Part shown: in pieces, positions 36,516 to 50,364 of the stretch
Layout: every line of letters begins with the position of its first letter
Numbering within the stretch: position 1 is the stretch's first letter
Assembly: GCF_036321535.1 (NCBI RefSeq)
Contig: NC_087436.1
Coordinates: 70,310,001 to 70,374,000 of the forward strand
Reading direction: 5' to 3'
Source: Camelus dromedarius
Lineage: Eukaryota
Length of the DNA stretch: 64,000 nt
Made by a program: the position numbers and the translations under genes
The notes under the pieces: generated by a model
The model's input: only the letters and a program-made list of their open reading frames with translations
What the model was told of the DNA's origin: nothing
The model's database searches: none

Positions 36516-37770
36516 GTAGATTTATACAAAGACTATAAAATAACATTTGTTTTATCTTGTCTAAAGAAGTGTTCTACCTTGTGAGAAAACAATTTTATAA
36601 CAAAAGATTACATAGAGTTACAGTAAGAGACAGTGAAGAGCTTTAGAGGGATATGGACTGTTTAGATTCTCATCCTAACTTCAAATTCTAGCTTTGTAAC
36701 ACTACCTAAAATAAAGAACTTCCTTTTCCTTGAGTTTCTTCTGTAACACAGAGTTAATTAACCACATTGACAAAAGTTCTTGCTCACCCTCTTCTCTGCT
36801 TTGTTCTCTTTTCTTCCCCTCTTCCCTATACCACCAATCTTTAGATATTTTAATAATAAACTGTGAAATTAATCTTTTTCTACTAAATTCAGAATAGAAG
36901 ATGTTTGAAATTATAGGATATAGATCTTATTCATTTTTATATTTAGCTTAAGTCTTGAGATTAAAGATTTTTAGGTTTGAGTTTTATTGGGGACCTTGTC
37001 AATGGTGAATTGGCATTGTCTAATCATTGAGTCATTGTCTTAATCAGAGTTAATTTATTCTCTAGATATTTGGGAGTTGACTATATTCTGTTGGGTGAAA
37101 GATGCTCATATTGATAAAGGGGCTGAGAGGGAACCTACTGATGAACACTTGAGAGACAGTAGTAATGGGAATTGTGTAACAAATGTCCCTGTATCCATGT
37201 TAATTAACTTAGTGATCTAAGATCTAAAGAAGAAGCCACATTTTTTGTTTGTTTAGTTTTGAGAGAAACTTGATTTTTCTTTTTGCTTGTCACAAAATAT
37301 CTGTTGTTTACTGTAATAGATATTTAACATTCATAAGGGATAGGTATCAGGAATTTTGAAAATTTCAGCATATGGATAACTATTATAGCATATCATTATG
37401 TTCCCCATGATACAAAGAAAAGCATATCTGGAAAATTCAAGTGACTTCTTCATACTAATTAATGATAAAAATATAGGATAGAATTCACTTGTGATACTGT
37501 TAAAATAAATTAAAAAATTAAGTCAGCCATGGCAGTACTAACAGCCAACCATCATTTTAACTGAATGAATCTGTAAAACCACTTTTTAATTTTATCTAAC
37601 ACTTCTGTGTTTTGATTAATAATCATTTTATGTTATTATTTATTTTTACTTTCATTAATAATGCTAAAAGTTGGCTTTCTTTTTCAGGTATTTTTACAAG
37701 GCAATAATCTTTGTCTATTCAGGAGAATTACTGTGTAGTCTAGAATATGTAGAGAATAGTGTATCTTTTG

Positions 37771-37913
37771 CAGGGGCTAGGTAATTAAGTTATTTATTTA
37801 TTTATTTATTTATTTACTTACTTACTTACTTACTTTAATGGAGGTACTGGGGATTGAACCCAGGACCTAGGGCATGCTAAGCATGCACTCTACCACTGAG
37901 CTATACCACTCCC
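37771..37913 (-). mobile_element. tRNA-derived SINE, Vic-1-like, with an expanded (TTTA)n(CTTA)n tract
   Basis: Same body as the other copies (gaggtactggggattgaacccaggacc...actctaccactgagctatacc). Confidence 0.85.
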
Positions 37914-38423
37914 TTGACAATAGTATCTTGTATTGTGATGTTGATCAGTTGGCTAAGTTCATTCACTGCTTATGACCTTTCCTCACACATTAATATTATA
38001 ACACGTATATATGATTCAGATCTGTGCTTCAGAAAAATTATAAATCTATTATATAGATTACATACACAATCAGGACCTTTGGAGTTATTTAACTCATTGC
38101 AGATATTAATGTTATCAATGCTAAAGCTGTACATGTCTGTGGCCTCTAATATTATAAAGAGATAACAAAATTAGTGTTATGGCTGTTTAGAACTGTATCG
38201 ATCTTAGATGTAAATTTAATAACTCCTGTAATGGCATTTTAGGTTAGTCATCTTTTACTATTGAAATGTTAGTATTTCCTCTGAAAGTAAATGCTCTGGC
38301 TTTGTGATAGTGTTAACTTATAAAAGTGTGATTCTTCAGCTGTTAGATACTTTTAAAAGAAGATGAATATTAGATACCTCAAATTAGCCAATGAGTTATA
38401 TTAACATTTTTTCCTCTCCTCAG

Positions 38424-38450
38424 GTAAAAGAATTTTTGAGCACTTTGTGA
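38424..38450 (+). CDS. DCK: DCK exon 7 coding part (27 nt)
   Basis: cctcag|GTA AAA GAA TTT TTG AGC ACT TTG TGA = VKEFLSTL*. The exon total is 783 nt = 260 aa + stop. Confidence 0.96.
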   Translation, partial: VKEFLSTL

Positions 38451-40320
38451 TCTTGCTGAAGACTACAGGCAGCCAAATGATTCCAGATACTTCAGCTTTG
38501 TGTATCTTCATAGCTCCGTATTTACACAGCTCTCTCTAGAAAACCCAAGTTTTTAACTGTTTTTGTTAAAAAAGAAAATTTTTTTTGATGACTTCAATAC
38601 AAAACTTTATAACCAGTTTTTTTTTTTTCTTTTTTGCGGGTTTGAAAAAACAAAGACATTTAATTATTCTTTACAACAGGAAGTCTGGAGGTAGATGGTT
38701 CCAGAATCACTATAGTAGCTAAGCTACATTATGAAAGACCCAGCCGCCTTCTGTCTTTCCCCTCTGTTCTCCTCCTCAGCGGGTTGACGTTTTATTCCTG
38801 GTGCTTCTCGTCTCGCTGACCAGTTTCTTAATTGCAGACTTTAATGTTACATAGTAAGTGGTAATGTATCCTGTGTAAATTAGTACACCTATTAAAAATT
38901 GAAAAGTGGAATTTAAGGAATCCTTAGAAAAAGGATTATGAGGTTTTATTTTAAACACTTTTGATCAGGTGCCTTCCCTTCCACTGTAGTTTATGTGGAA
39001 GATAAGACCATGTTTAGTATTTAATCACTTCATTGATAGTTATTAATATAACATATTTGTAGAGGAGGTTAGACTTTGTTCCCAGTTTTTAATGGCATCA
39101 CTTATAAGTCATTTAATCTTTTTCCTGCCTTTGTTTCTACAGCTGTGGTGTGGGTGAGACTTCATCTTTTTGCATGGGATTTTGGAGGGTTAAAGTAGAA
39201 ATGTTTCTATACTTAAAAGATAACTGAAGATTATTACATGAGCATAGAGATTCAGTTTCTTTGGAACTTAAAATAGCTACTTGCTTTTTCCCTTCTCAGA
39301 CCATTCTTTTGGAAACAATACTTAAAAGGTTGATTTAAGCTATGATTGCCTTTAAATCATTTGAGGTGGAAGTATAGTTTTCCCTGAATTTCTTCCCATT
39401 TTTATAGGCAAAATGTTAATAGGACATAGTGAGGGATTAGTTTTTCCGTGTTATTCTTTATTGACCCTCTACTGGGAATAAGTAGTCTTTCTTCACCTTT
39501 ATGCTTGGTAAGAAGTCAAAAGGGAAACTGAAGACAGTATCTTCTTAGCAATTGAGTCTGTTTAGTTAGAACTAACTCCTGCTTCCTGCCTTATCCTACT
39601 TTCCCGACTGTCTGGAGTAGTTAGGCAACCTGCTATTTTAAAGTTTTATTTACAAGTAAGTAAAAGTCACACATTTCTACTTTGAAAACATCATAATCAC
39701 TCTTCAGTTTATAGTTTGCTTGCTTCTCTGTTGTGTTATACCGTCAGTTTTCCCCCTTCTAAGAGAAATTACTGATAAAAATGATCTTGCTTTATGTTAC
39801 ACATCTTGAAAGCAAAATCATTTTTTGTTGATTATATATTAGAGAATACACATGTTAATAAAGAAGACAAGGGGTACAATAGTTGTAATTTTTAAAAATG
39901 TGTGGATTCATTTCAGGTATGTATATATAGATTTAGGTATGTAAGTATAGATTTTTTTCAACTTTATTTAGTAAAAGTGTGCAGTGTGTTTGTATTTAAC
40001 CTTTCTGCTTGACATTTTAGAAAAATTCTATGGTTTTGAAATGAGAGGAAGAGTTACTTTTACTTTGAAACTATAATTTTCCTTTTTAAAATGTCATCTT
40101 TTGTTTTTGGTTTCTTAATATTCAAAGATGATGATTTATCGAATTACACAGTCTAGATGCACTCATCTTTGAGAGAGAGACTTGGTTTCAAATCTGTAAT
40201 TGCCATGAATATTTGAATTGTCTCATGATATTGTATGGGTTTGTTTTTGTTTGACATAAATGAGTTTGTTTGCTAAATTAAATATTTGCTTAATAAATAA
40301 GTATAAATCATATGAACTCT
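38451..40320 (+). other. DCK: DCK 3'UTR with several candidate poly(A) signals
   Basis: AATAAA at 39857-39862, 40292-40297, 40362-40367 and 40562-40567; which one is used cannot be determined from sequence alone. Confidence 0.55.
38665..38800. mobile_element. MLT1-like LTR fragment within the DCK 3'UTR
   Basis: aacaggaagtctggaggtagatggttccag...gacccagccgccttctgtctttcccctctg resembles MLT1J/K internal LTR sequence. Confidence 0.45.
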
Positions 40321-40974
40321 AATGGAGCTACACTCATTGAAATGATTGTATCTTTTTTAGAAATAAAATTTATTCTACTTTTGAAGAAAATTATGACTAT
40401 AAAAATGTTGACAATGGTTTATATAAATTGACATTGGTTTTATTTTAAGTGGAGACATATTTCAGAGATTTTTCTATAAACTTTAAAAATGGTTAGCTTA
40501 ATGACTTTTTAGATCTGTAAAATTGAAAAGCTAAAAAATGTATTATTTGTCATAACTCAAAATAAAAGCTTTACCACTTTTATTTTGGGCGTAAGGGTAT
40601 TGAGCCAGATGGTGCGCATTATCTTTTGGATCCTGTCTCCCATATCAGATCATCTCCCATCAAAGTATATGTTCTACTTTTTATAGTTTACTCTTCTAAA
40701 AGGTAATTAGTTGTACAAGGCTTATACCTTCATTCAGAGTTTTTTCATCTTCTATGCCCAAAACTTAGAGCACTGTTTACCAAGCCCCTAGGTCTTGGTA
40801 AATTAGGTCTGTGATATTTTAAAGGACAAGGAGTCCCAAACTGTTTTTCACATAAAGGTGTAAATCTCATTATCTCCAGAAAAATGCTAGAAAAGTTTCT
40901 TTAAGTTTTTACAAATCCTGGTAGGTAATAGCCTTCCTCATTTGAAAAATGTTACTACTCTTTAAAAAAAATTT

Positions 40975-42672
40975 TTTTTGGAAATAATTTTAGACTCACA
41001 AAAAGTTACAAAATTATTAGACTTTCTGTGTACCCCCATGATAACGTTTTACTTAACTATGGTATATTATCATGTCTAGGAAATTGACTTTGGTACACTG
41101 CTATTAATTAAACTACAGAACTTATTTTTAATAGAGCTTATTTATTTATTTTTTTTTTAGAAATTTTAGGTTCACAACAAAGCTGAGTGGAAAGTACAGA
41201 ATTCCCATGTACTTTCAGCCCCAACACTTGCACAGCCTCCTCCAATGATCAGCATCCCCGACCAGAGTGGTACATTCGTTGTATTCAGTGAACATATATT
41301 GACACATCATTATCACTCAAAGTCCATAGTTTGCATTAGGATTTACTCAGTGTTGTATCTTCTATGGGTTTTGACAAATGAATAATGACATGTCACCACC
41401 ATTATAGTTTAACTGCCCTGAAAATCCTCTGTATTCTGTTCATCCCTCCCTTCCCCCTAATCTCTGCCAATCACTAATCTTTTTATTGTCTCCATAGTTT
41501 CTCCTTTCCAAGGATGTCATAGAGTTGGAATTCAGTAGGGAGCTCTTTCAGTGGCTTCTTTTACTTAGCAACTTGCACTTAATTTCCTCTATGTCTTTGT
41601 GGCTTGGTGATCATGTCTCTTTAGCACTGAAAGAATATTCTGTTGTCTGGTTATACCACAGTTTATCCACTCACCTACTGAGGGACATCTTGGTTGCTTT
41701 CAAGTTTTGGCAATTATGAATAAAGCTACTATAAACAACTGTGTACAGGTTTTTGTATGGATATAAGTTTTCAGTTCATTTGTATAACTACTAAGGAGCG
41801 GAAATGCTGGATCATATGTTAAGAGTATGTTTAGGTTTCTGAGAAATTGCCAAACTGTCTACCAAAATGGTTGTATCATTTTGCCTTTCTACCAATAAGA
41901 GTTCCTGTTGCTCCACATACTTACCAGCATTTGTTGTCAGTGGTCTGGATTTTAGCCATTCTAATAGGTATGTGGTTGAATCTTCTTTGAATTTGTAATT
42001 CCCTAAAGACATACGATGTTAACTATATTTTCCTATGCTTACTTGCCATCTGTGTATCTTCTTTAGTGAGGTATCCATTAAGGTCTCTTGCATGTTTTTC
42101 AATTGGGTTCATTTTCTTAATACTGAATCTTAAGAGTTCTTTGTATGTTTTGGGTATTAGTCCTTTATTAAATGTGTCTTTGCAAATATTTTTTCTATCT
42201 GTGGTTTGTCATATTCTCTTGATACTGTCTTTTGTAAAGCAGATGTTTTAATTATAATAACATCGAGCTTATCAGTTATTTCTTTCATGGATCATAGCTT
42301 GTGTTGTATCTAAAGCATTACATACCTAAGGTCATCTAGGTTTTCTCCTGTTATCCTCTAGGAGTTTTACAATTATGTGTTTTATGTTTAGATTTACGAT
42401 CCATTTTTAGTTAATTTTTGTGAAGGATGTAAGGATTGCATCTGGATTCATTTTTTTTGCACAAAGAGATCCAGTTGTTCCAGCACCATTTGTTGAAAGA
42501 CTATCTTTGCTTAATTGAATTGCCTTTGCTCCTTTGTTGGAGATCAGTTGACTATAATTATGTGGGTCTATTTCTAGGCTCTCTATTTTGTTTTATTGAT
42601 CTATTTGTCTATTCTTTTGCCAATGCCACAGTCTTGATTACTGTAGCTCCATATTAAGTCTTAAAGTTGAGT
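40975..42672 (-). mobile_element. Old L1M (L1MC/MD-like) 3'UTR + ORF2 fragments
   Basis: ttttaggttcacaacaaagctgagtggaaagtacaga...; ccagttgttccagcaccatttgttgaaagact; probably two nested or adjacent copies. Confidence 0.85.
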
Positions 42673-45600
42673 AATTTTGCATTTCCTAGAAGCATGAGCT
42701 ACTTAGGTTTAATAATATTTTGGGTGCTTTCTGAAGCTATCCTAATAAGATTTTTCTTTTAATAATTTATTTGTATAATAAAGTCATTTTTTCTCATCTT
42801 CAGTTAGGTAGTTGAATATTGAAAATGAAGGCACATTTGATATAATTCATTTTTTTCCTTATTCTGTATAGTTCCTTGGAATGTTGTCATTAATTATAAA
42901 ATGTATTAGTACTGAGATTAGTAATGCCAAAAATGTTTAAATACAGTCTTCACTCATAAGAGCTGTTCAGTTAATAACTTTCTATCATAATATCTCTTAA
43001 ATGATTATATCATTTTTCAGACAATCACCTATTTTTCTCCTTGGATATAAAGGCTCTTCCCACTTCAAAATACACTAAACAAGTTTGCAACCAAGAACAA
43101 TATTTAAACATTGTCATCTCAGACAAAAACAATAATTTACTTGACACTTCCTACACAGAGATTATCATTTTGAAGACATTTGAATTGTGTATCTGGCTAT
43201 TTTGCTTTGATTAAGTATGTCAAATGAGAGGATGAAAAGGTTAAATCTTCTAGAACTCTGGTCTGTTATGTGCAGATGCCATTTTCATGTGTTCTAAAGT
43301 TGCCTAGAGGTGTTTTCATGTGTTATAACTTAATTTTAAGTAGAGTTTGAACGCATTAGTTCCCAAAAGGATGGAAAATTGGTGGGGGGAAATGGTGCAG
43401 AAAGCAGAATTTACCTTCCAAAGAATGATTTCTTTATTTCACCCCACCATCACCAACTATCAAGTTTTCTTCCTGGGCAAGTACAATAAACCTTGTTTAG
43501 AATATATTTTATGCACAGTCTATATTGTGTGTTACTTATAAACTTCTATTATTCAGTTGATACTTTTTTTGTATCCTAGAGTATAATATAATGTGCCCTA
43601 TTAAAATGAATGGAAAATTTTATTTAAAGCTTTTTACTTAGTGACAGTGTTTTCAGGAATAAAAGACATTAATTGAGGGATAGGTATGTAATTTGAATTT
43701 GATTCAGTTTTGCCTACTCCCTTTCCCCTAGCTTTTTAAAGATTATTGTGACTACAGCTCTGTAATTGTATGCTTAATGAGGTATAAATTCTTAATATGA
43801 TATTGATATTCTCAGAATATTTTCTGTCATTGAAGATTTGGATTTGGTTCAAAGATTTCACAAAATATTAACACCAAGTTCTGGTTTGGCAGATTTTGAA
43901 TTGATAAAGTGTTTCTTTTAAGAATTAAGACTATCCTCAAAAAAGATTACTAGCAGTATGGCTACTCTTTGAATTTGTTTAATTTTAGTTCTAGGTGTGG
44001 AATAAAATAAGTACTATACCAATCAGTATCCATTGCACTAGAATAAAAGGTGATAATTAGAAGTCAAAGTAGGTAACAGTATTTTAGTTTTTGGTATAGT
44101 TTTATAATGAGCTTAAAAACGTTTTAGATATAGAATAGTAAGTACCATAAATAGAATAAAAGTACACATAAATACTAGATATTAAAATCCTTTCATAACT
44201 ATTTTAACCTTGGAGTCTGTTGTAGACAGAATTTATCACCATTTTACTGATGTGAGAACCTAAGGAATTTCTCAAGATTCCACAAAAAATTAAAGCTGAA
44301 AAAAGAACCCAAATATTATGACTTTTTAGTGATGGGGTTCATTTTGTTTTAATTTGTTTTATTTTTACCTCTGCTCTTTATATCTAAGGTCATTTTTCTC
44401 TTCTTCCCTAACTGGGCAGTATTTAATCCCCATTTAAAGTAGCAATTTGAAAATAAAAATCTAATAACGAAAGTAGCTTAAGTCCATGATGATTTCATAC
44501 TTAAATCAGTAGTTGTAGTCCTTTGCCACATGAGGTCATTATATACTTGGTTCTCTCCTCTGCTTTGGCTGTAATCCAGGCATCATTATCTTGATGGTGA
44601 GTGGCTAAGAAGGATAAGAGCTGATGAGAGGTCTTTTGCACTGCCAGAGCAAAAGCATTAATAGATTAATAAAAACTTTATTGAGTGAGATTGTATGTAT
44701 ACAGATGTGGGGGGAAGAAGAAAATGAGCTGTTGGATTAAATATAGGCAATCAAAAAGGCAGTGTTTTTAGAATTCTCTTACTTTAAGAAAGTCTGGTAC
44801 ACAACTCCCAGCTGCTTCACTAAGTATTAGATTGAATAATACCAATTGGGGTTTTTTATGGGATAGTACTCGGTTAGATAATTATGCCTAACAGGTTGCC
44901 AGGAAATTTAATTTTCTAATGTTCACTCTTTAGACTTTGTATCAGAAGCTATTTTGCAAAACTGTTTGCCATTTACTTAGCAATTATGTATACAAAGAAA
45001 CTTACAGTTAGTATTTCTACTCTACGAAACTACATGGAGCTCAGATGATTATTTTTCCAAGAAGAAAGTTTTACTTAACAAAACTGTGATCTAAAAAGTG
45101 ATTCAGTAACAGAGGTAGGTGAAACCTGTTCTTCAATTGACCCATCTTCCGAAACATACCACCTTTTCATGTCACTTGACGTCACTTCACAATGGTGGTG
45201 GTGATGCTGGTGTTTTGGTGATATACATGTGTGTGTGCACTGTTGTTACTGTTATCCTTTGTTTAAACTAATAAGATTCAGTCAAAGGTGAAGCATCTCC
45301 TAAAGCTACTGTTTTGTTCTTGCTGTTACTGTCAGCTGGAGTGGACTCCCTTTATGTTAGAAGAGTAAATTAGGAAATTGGTTAATGTTATGAAACAATT
45401 TATGCTTTCACTTGGCTCAGCAACACGACTTTGGTATGTTATACTGTGCTTAAAATACTAGCTGTTAAACCACTGGCTTGGGGATAGCGTGGACAGTATG
45501 GCCGTAAGTTACTGTTGTGTTGGTGGTTGACAAGAACTGGTTGCTAGATTAGTAAGTGAATGAAACCTGTTAACTAACTTTTAACAGATTGACCTTAAAC

Positions 45601-46139
45601 AGGCAATTGAATATTGCCCTCTTCAGAATGGTTATCTTGAAAGACTATACTTATTCCAAAGATTCTGCCATTATTCAAAACACTTGTACCCTTGGACCCG
45701 AGTTTAGAGTCTGAGTCATCTATTTCTCCAATGTTGAGTCAAGTTCTTTTTTTGTGCTTGACTGGATATAGTTTTTTTTTTTTAATGACAGTAAATCATT
45801 TAGTGACAATTCTTAAGAACAAAATGGGTAGTAAAAGTTGAAAAAAGCTGTTTTTGGCTATAAAAAAATGTAACAATAGGCACTTAGATCCTTTTTTTTG
45901 TTCAGCTTATGAAATATATGTGAGGGAAATTCATATTTTTTTTTACTAATTCAAGTGTTTTTGACTAATGGCAGACTAAACTGAACATATAACCTCTTGG
46001 TATGGTTACTTTGAATGCACTACTTTGTGTAGAAGGTTCTGGTGTAGTTAAAACATACCCAGACATTGTATCTTACTGTGTTTACATCAGCCAGCAGTTA
46101 AGTAAGAATTTATCTTTAGTGGTTTAACATCACAGATGC

Positions 46140-46370
46140 AATACTGATTAAGAACACAGGCTCACAAGACAGACAGCTGGCTTCAAATCCTAGCCCTGCC
46201 ACTTATTGTCTAACTTTAGGCAAGTGATTATAATCTTGGGCAAGTAATACTTGTTAATTTCTTTGTAAGAGGGCTAGATGTAATACTACCTACATAGAAA
46301 GTTGCGCAGTTTTAAAGTGTAGTATATATAAAGCATTTAGAACAGTGCTCAATACATGTTAGCCATTACT
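46140..46370 (+). mobile_element. MIR SINE
   Basis: ttcaaatcctagccctgccactta...ttgggcaagt...aagcatttagaacagtgc...gttagccattac. Confidence 0.7.
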
Positions 46371-46888
46371 ATTAGTACTTTTATTTCCTTTCATTTCCTT
46401 TCATTCAATATCTTAGTTGCTGAAAGCATCTGGAAAACTGTTAAGTTTGCGCAGTTATTTAAAGAAGAATGAATGAAGTGAAACTATAGTAGGATATTCA
46501 CTGTATTGTTTAAGTGGAAATAGTTATGGTATGTATCTCCCCCTTCTCCGTCCCTGGTGCGTGTATGTTTGTGTGGAGACAGATTCACCATACTTCACTG
46601 TGGTTACCTCTGGTGACTGGGACTGGAGTGATGGTTGAGATTCTTGGGAGAAGGTCTTTGGCATAAAAGTTTTAAATTAGGCAATTCATTTACTATTAAA
46701 TTTATTCATTCAGCAAATATTTATTGACTTCCTACTGCATTCCAGACTGATGAAGGAACATGTAAGTTGTTAGGAATTACTCTTCCCCTTGAGGGAGTTT
46801 GAAGCTACATAAAGAAAATTAGGTTGCTATCCAAGTTCTTAGCATTTTCCTTTATTTTTATTTTCTGTACTTTTATTTAATTTTTTTT

Positions 46889-46990
46889 AGATATAGAACA
46901 CTTCATGAATGTGCATGTCATCCTTGTGCAGGGACCACGCTCATCTCTGTATCATTCCAGTTTTAGTACATGTGCTGCCGAAGCGAGCAC
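46889..46990 (-). pseudogene. RNU6: U6 snRNA processed pseudogene (full length)
   Basis: Minus strand reads GTGCTCGCTTCGGCAGCACATGTACTAAAACTGGAATGATACAGAGATGAGCGTGGTCCCTGCACAAGGATGACATGCACATTCATGAAGTGTTCTATAT. It has an A-rich tail and TSD TGTACTTTTAT at 46866-46876 and 46991-47001, plus substitutions and a 3-nt deletion relative to U6. Confidence 0.95.
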
Positions 46991-49900
46991 TGTACTTTTA
47001 TGTTTTGGGTGGTGCAGAATATAAACATTTTTGGTATCTCCACTAGTATTTCAGGAAATTATAATTTCTCATTTGTGACTAGAATCCTGCTAATTTTGAA
47101 ATAAAGTAGCATTATTTTCAGATTATAAAAATAATAAATATTTGTTATGGAAAACTCATGAGAATTTGATGCTTGATACTTCTAACATCAAGAGACCTTC
47201 CTTCTCTTGGGAAGTAGATGAGATTAATTGGCCATATTTTATCTATTGTTTTTAAGCAAGATGCATAAGGATCTTTGTACCCCTTTCTAGAAGATAGGTT
47301 GCAATGAAGAGACCTCTTAATGCCTATAAATTATCTTTGAAGTCTGTTTAGAAATTGCCTTGCTCCTTCTATTTTTGTTAAGGTTAGGAAGAAATCTATT
47401 ATTCTTTTCTTATTTGAGTAAAAGAATATTATTAGTGTTAGGAATCTAGTATTTCTGCCCTGGGGAAGTGATAAAGGGCAGAATGCTCTGTTCCCCTCCA
47501 CCCACACCCAAACTGTTACCCAGATGTTCCTATGAGTGAATGGCTATAGGCTAGAGGCAAAACTCCTGTGTTGGTCCCATAGTTGGGCAGAACCCCAGGA
47601 TTATTCAGACATTAAAGAATGCTGTCTTTTTTTGGTGGAGTAGTGCAGGTAATTCCTAGGTAATACAGGGTATTATTTAATAGGGACCAAAAAGGAAGTG
47701 AATGAAACCCTTGGCTAGTCTTGGTGTTCTGCAATTTCTATTTTATTGCAAACAAAGTAATCAAGGTAAAAGAAAGAGGGGAGGCATTTCTAATTTCATG
47801 GGTCCTAGAGCAATATTTAGTATAGAAAATTAAACAATCTAGAAGATTATAAAGAAAAAAGTATAGTCTGCTAGAAATCCTACCTCATCCCTGCCCACCA
47901 GTTCACTGTATATAAATCCTCATAGGTTGCACGTATGCATAGATATAGACCTAATTTCTACATTTGTATACATTTGTAATCTTTAGAGGGCTTTTGTTTA
48001 TATTCAGAAACCAAAATCCTGAATTCCACATTGAAAAATATTACTGTAATAATACAGAGTTTTTTAGACTAAGATTGGATTATCAGCAAAATTTACTGAC
48101 TTTCATGTTTAGTGAGAGATACTTGTACCCAACTTAATGGGCACAAGCTGAAAGTTCTATAAATTAGAATTTAGATATATTAACGTTTTTCCAGTGATTT
48201 GTAATTTGAGATAATTTTTTTTAAACTCCACTTGATTTCCAGTTGGCAGTGACAGTAAGCCTAAACATTTTTCTTTTAGTTATAAAAGTACAACATGCCC
48301 ATTAAAACAATTTGGAGATTGCAGAAATGTTAAAATAAGATAATCCCTGGATCCCATCATTCAGAGGTATCACTGTCCTAGCAGACTATATCGTCTTCCA
48401 GTTTTACGTACTTGCATCTATAAAGAAACATTTTTCTTTCACCAGACTGAGACCACATGATAGATTCAATGTTCTGTCTTGCTTTTTTTTCCCCTTAAAG
48501 TATATTGTAAAAAATTTTCTTACATCTAAGTTATCTTTGAAAGTGCAGTTAAACTCATAATTTCTTGGCTCTTTAAAGTTTGAAATGTACAGAAATTAAG
48601 AGAAGAAAAAATATCTGTAATCATACCACTGAGAGATAACTAATTACACATTAGTATTTCCTGCTAAGCTGTGAGTTTCTTTGCTCCCACCTTCAAAGAG
48701 AACTTAAATATCCATGGTAACTCCTTATTTAATTTATTTTGTTAAATGAATAATAATTTTGAAAAAATGAACTTCTTTAAAGAAGTTATCATTATATAGT
48801 GTATATGATTAGTAAATTCATATTTTCACATTTTGTGCAACTTTTGCATTTGTAAAGGACCTCTAATCCAAGAAAATTTATTGTAACATTTTCTCCGTAA
48901 AACATTTTACATGCTTACAAACGTGTGTGAAACTTTAAAAGTTAAATCCTTAAATGCCATTTTATGTTGGAATCTTCAGGGAGAGTGTGTGTGTGATGAA
49001 TGTGGAATTTGAAGACACTCTTTATCTGGATGGCCTTGGGCAAGCTTCAACTTCTGTGAGCCTCAGTCTTATTTTCCAAATTGTAATGCTAGGGCCTCTC
49101 CAAGGCACAGGCTTGTTGTAAGGTGCCAATAAAATCTGTGAACGGACCTCTTAAATTATAAAACATATAAACGTTAATAGTTATTATTTAAGGAGCTCAG
49201 GAAAGAAAAAATAAAAACAAAGGCAGTTCTTGATTCCAACAAGTTACGGTCAGATTTCCTTTCAGAATAAATGGAAATTGGGTATGTGAACCTAGCTGTA
49301 AGAAATGCAGAATATAGTTTTGCCTTAAATTTTACATCTTTCTTGTTAGCAAAACATACAAATTTTTCTAACTGACCACATGTCCAGATCTTAGGGCAAG
49401 AGAGAACATAATTCTTTCTGTACTGTTTTAATTTTGAACAAGCCATGTTTATGGTACCTAGCTCTTAGAAGAAAAAGAAAAAGAACAAGAGAGAAATGGT
49501 ATATCTGCCCACCACCACCTGCTATTTTTAGATTGGCTAGGAAGCCCTATCTGGCTGCCTTTGCCCATCTCATTTGGCAACTCTTGAGCCTGCATCATTC
49601 AGAGATAAAAGAAGCTTAGAAGGTGGAAAACTGAATTTCTTTGATTTTCCAGTCATCATTGCTGAAAAAGCATATCACCACAAGCAATTTGAAGGACGCT
49701 GGCTGTAAGTAAAGCAATAAGTGTTTTCATTTAGTGAGATGGGCTTATGCAACAAAATACACAATGTATTTCCACCTTTCTGCCTTAATAGGGGGTGAGG
49801 GAGGTATGCGCTTTCTGTCCTGATTTGATTTTTATTCATTATCAAGAGACAATAGTTTAGAAAAAGATGCAAATACTGTGCATACATATACATATACACA

Positions 49901-50326
49901 CAAATATGTATATGCTTATAAATTTTTATGGCCTTGTAGAATAAAATCCTTGGAAAAGTAAGGGAAACAATATGAATGTCAAGGAAAGAAGCATAGGAAC
50001 AATCTGGGAAATGACTTTAAGATTAATGCAGTAAGGTGAATTTGAAAGCTAATGAAATTGAAGATTAGTAGAGATATCTAATTTTCCATTTACTTGGATA
50101 AAGGGACATAATATTATACCCATGAATCAGTTTTAAATGAGCACACATTGGGGCATTTTGTAGATAATAAAACTCAACCTATTTTATCTGTAGTTTCTAT
50201 AAAGTATTCTGAAACATTTCTATTGTTGAGTATAATAATTTATCAAAAGCTCTAGTAAAAGTCAGGTTACATATGTTATGTAGTTTTTCTTTTGTCTATA
50301 TTATTATTTTATTAGCTTTCTACACT

Positions 50327-50364
50327 AACTTTCCTTTAATTGTCAAACTTTCCTTTAATTGTCA
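50327..50364. repeat. Perfect 19-bp tandem duplication
   Basis: AACTTTCCTTTAATTGTCA x2. Confidence 0.9.

Noticed and set aside
37790..37835. Short periodic repeats as a CRISPR-like array
   Set aside because: A simple (TTTA)n(CTTA)n microsatellite within a SINE; no repeat-spacer structure was seen anywhere, and the DNA is mammalian.
24677..37913. tRNA-like sequences as tRNA genes
   Set aside because: They have A/B boxes but also SINE bodies, tails and TSDs; no complete cloverleaf.
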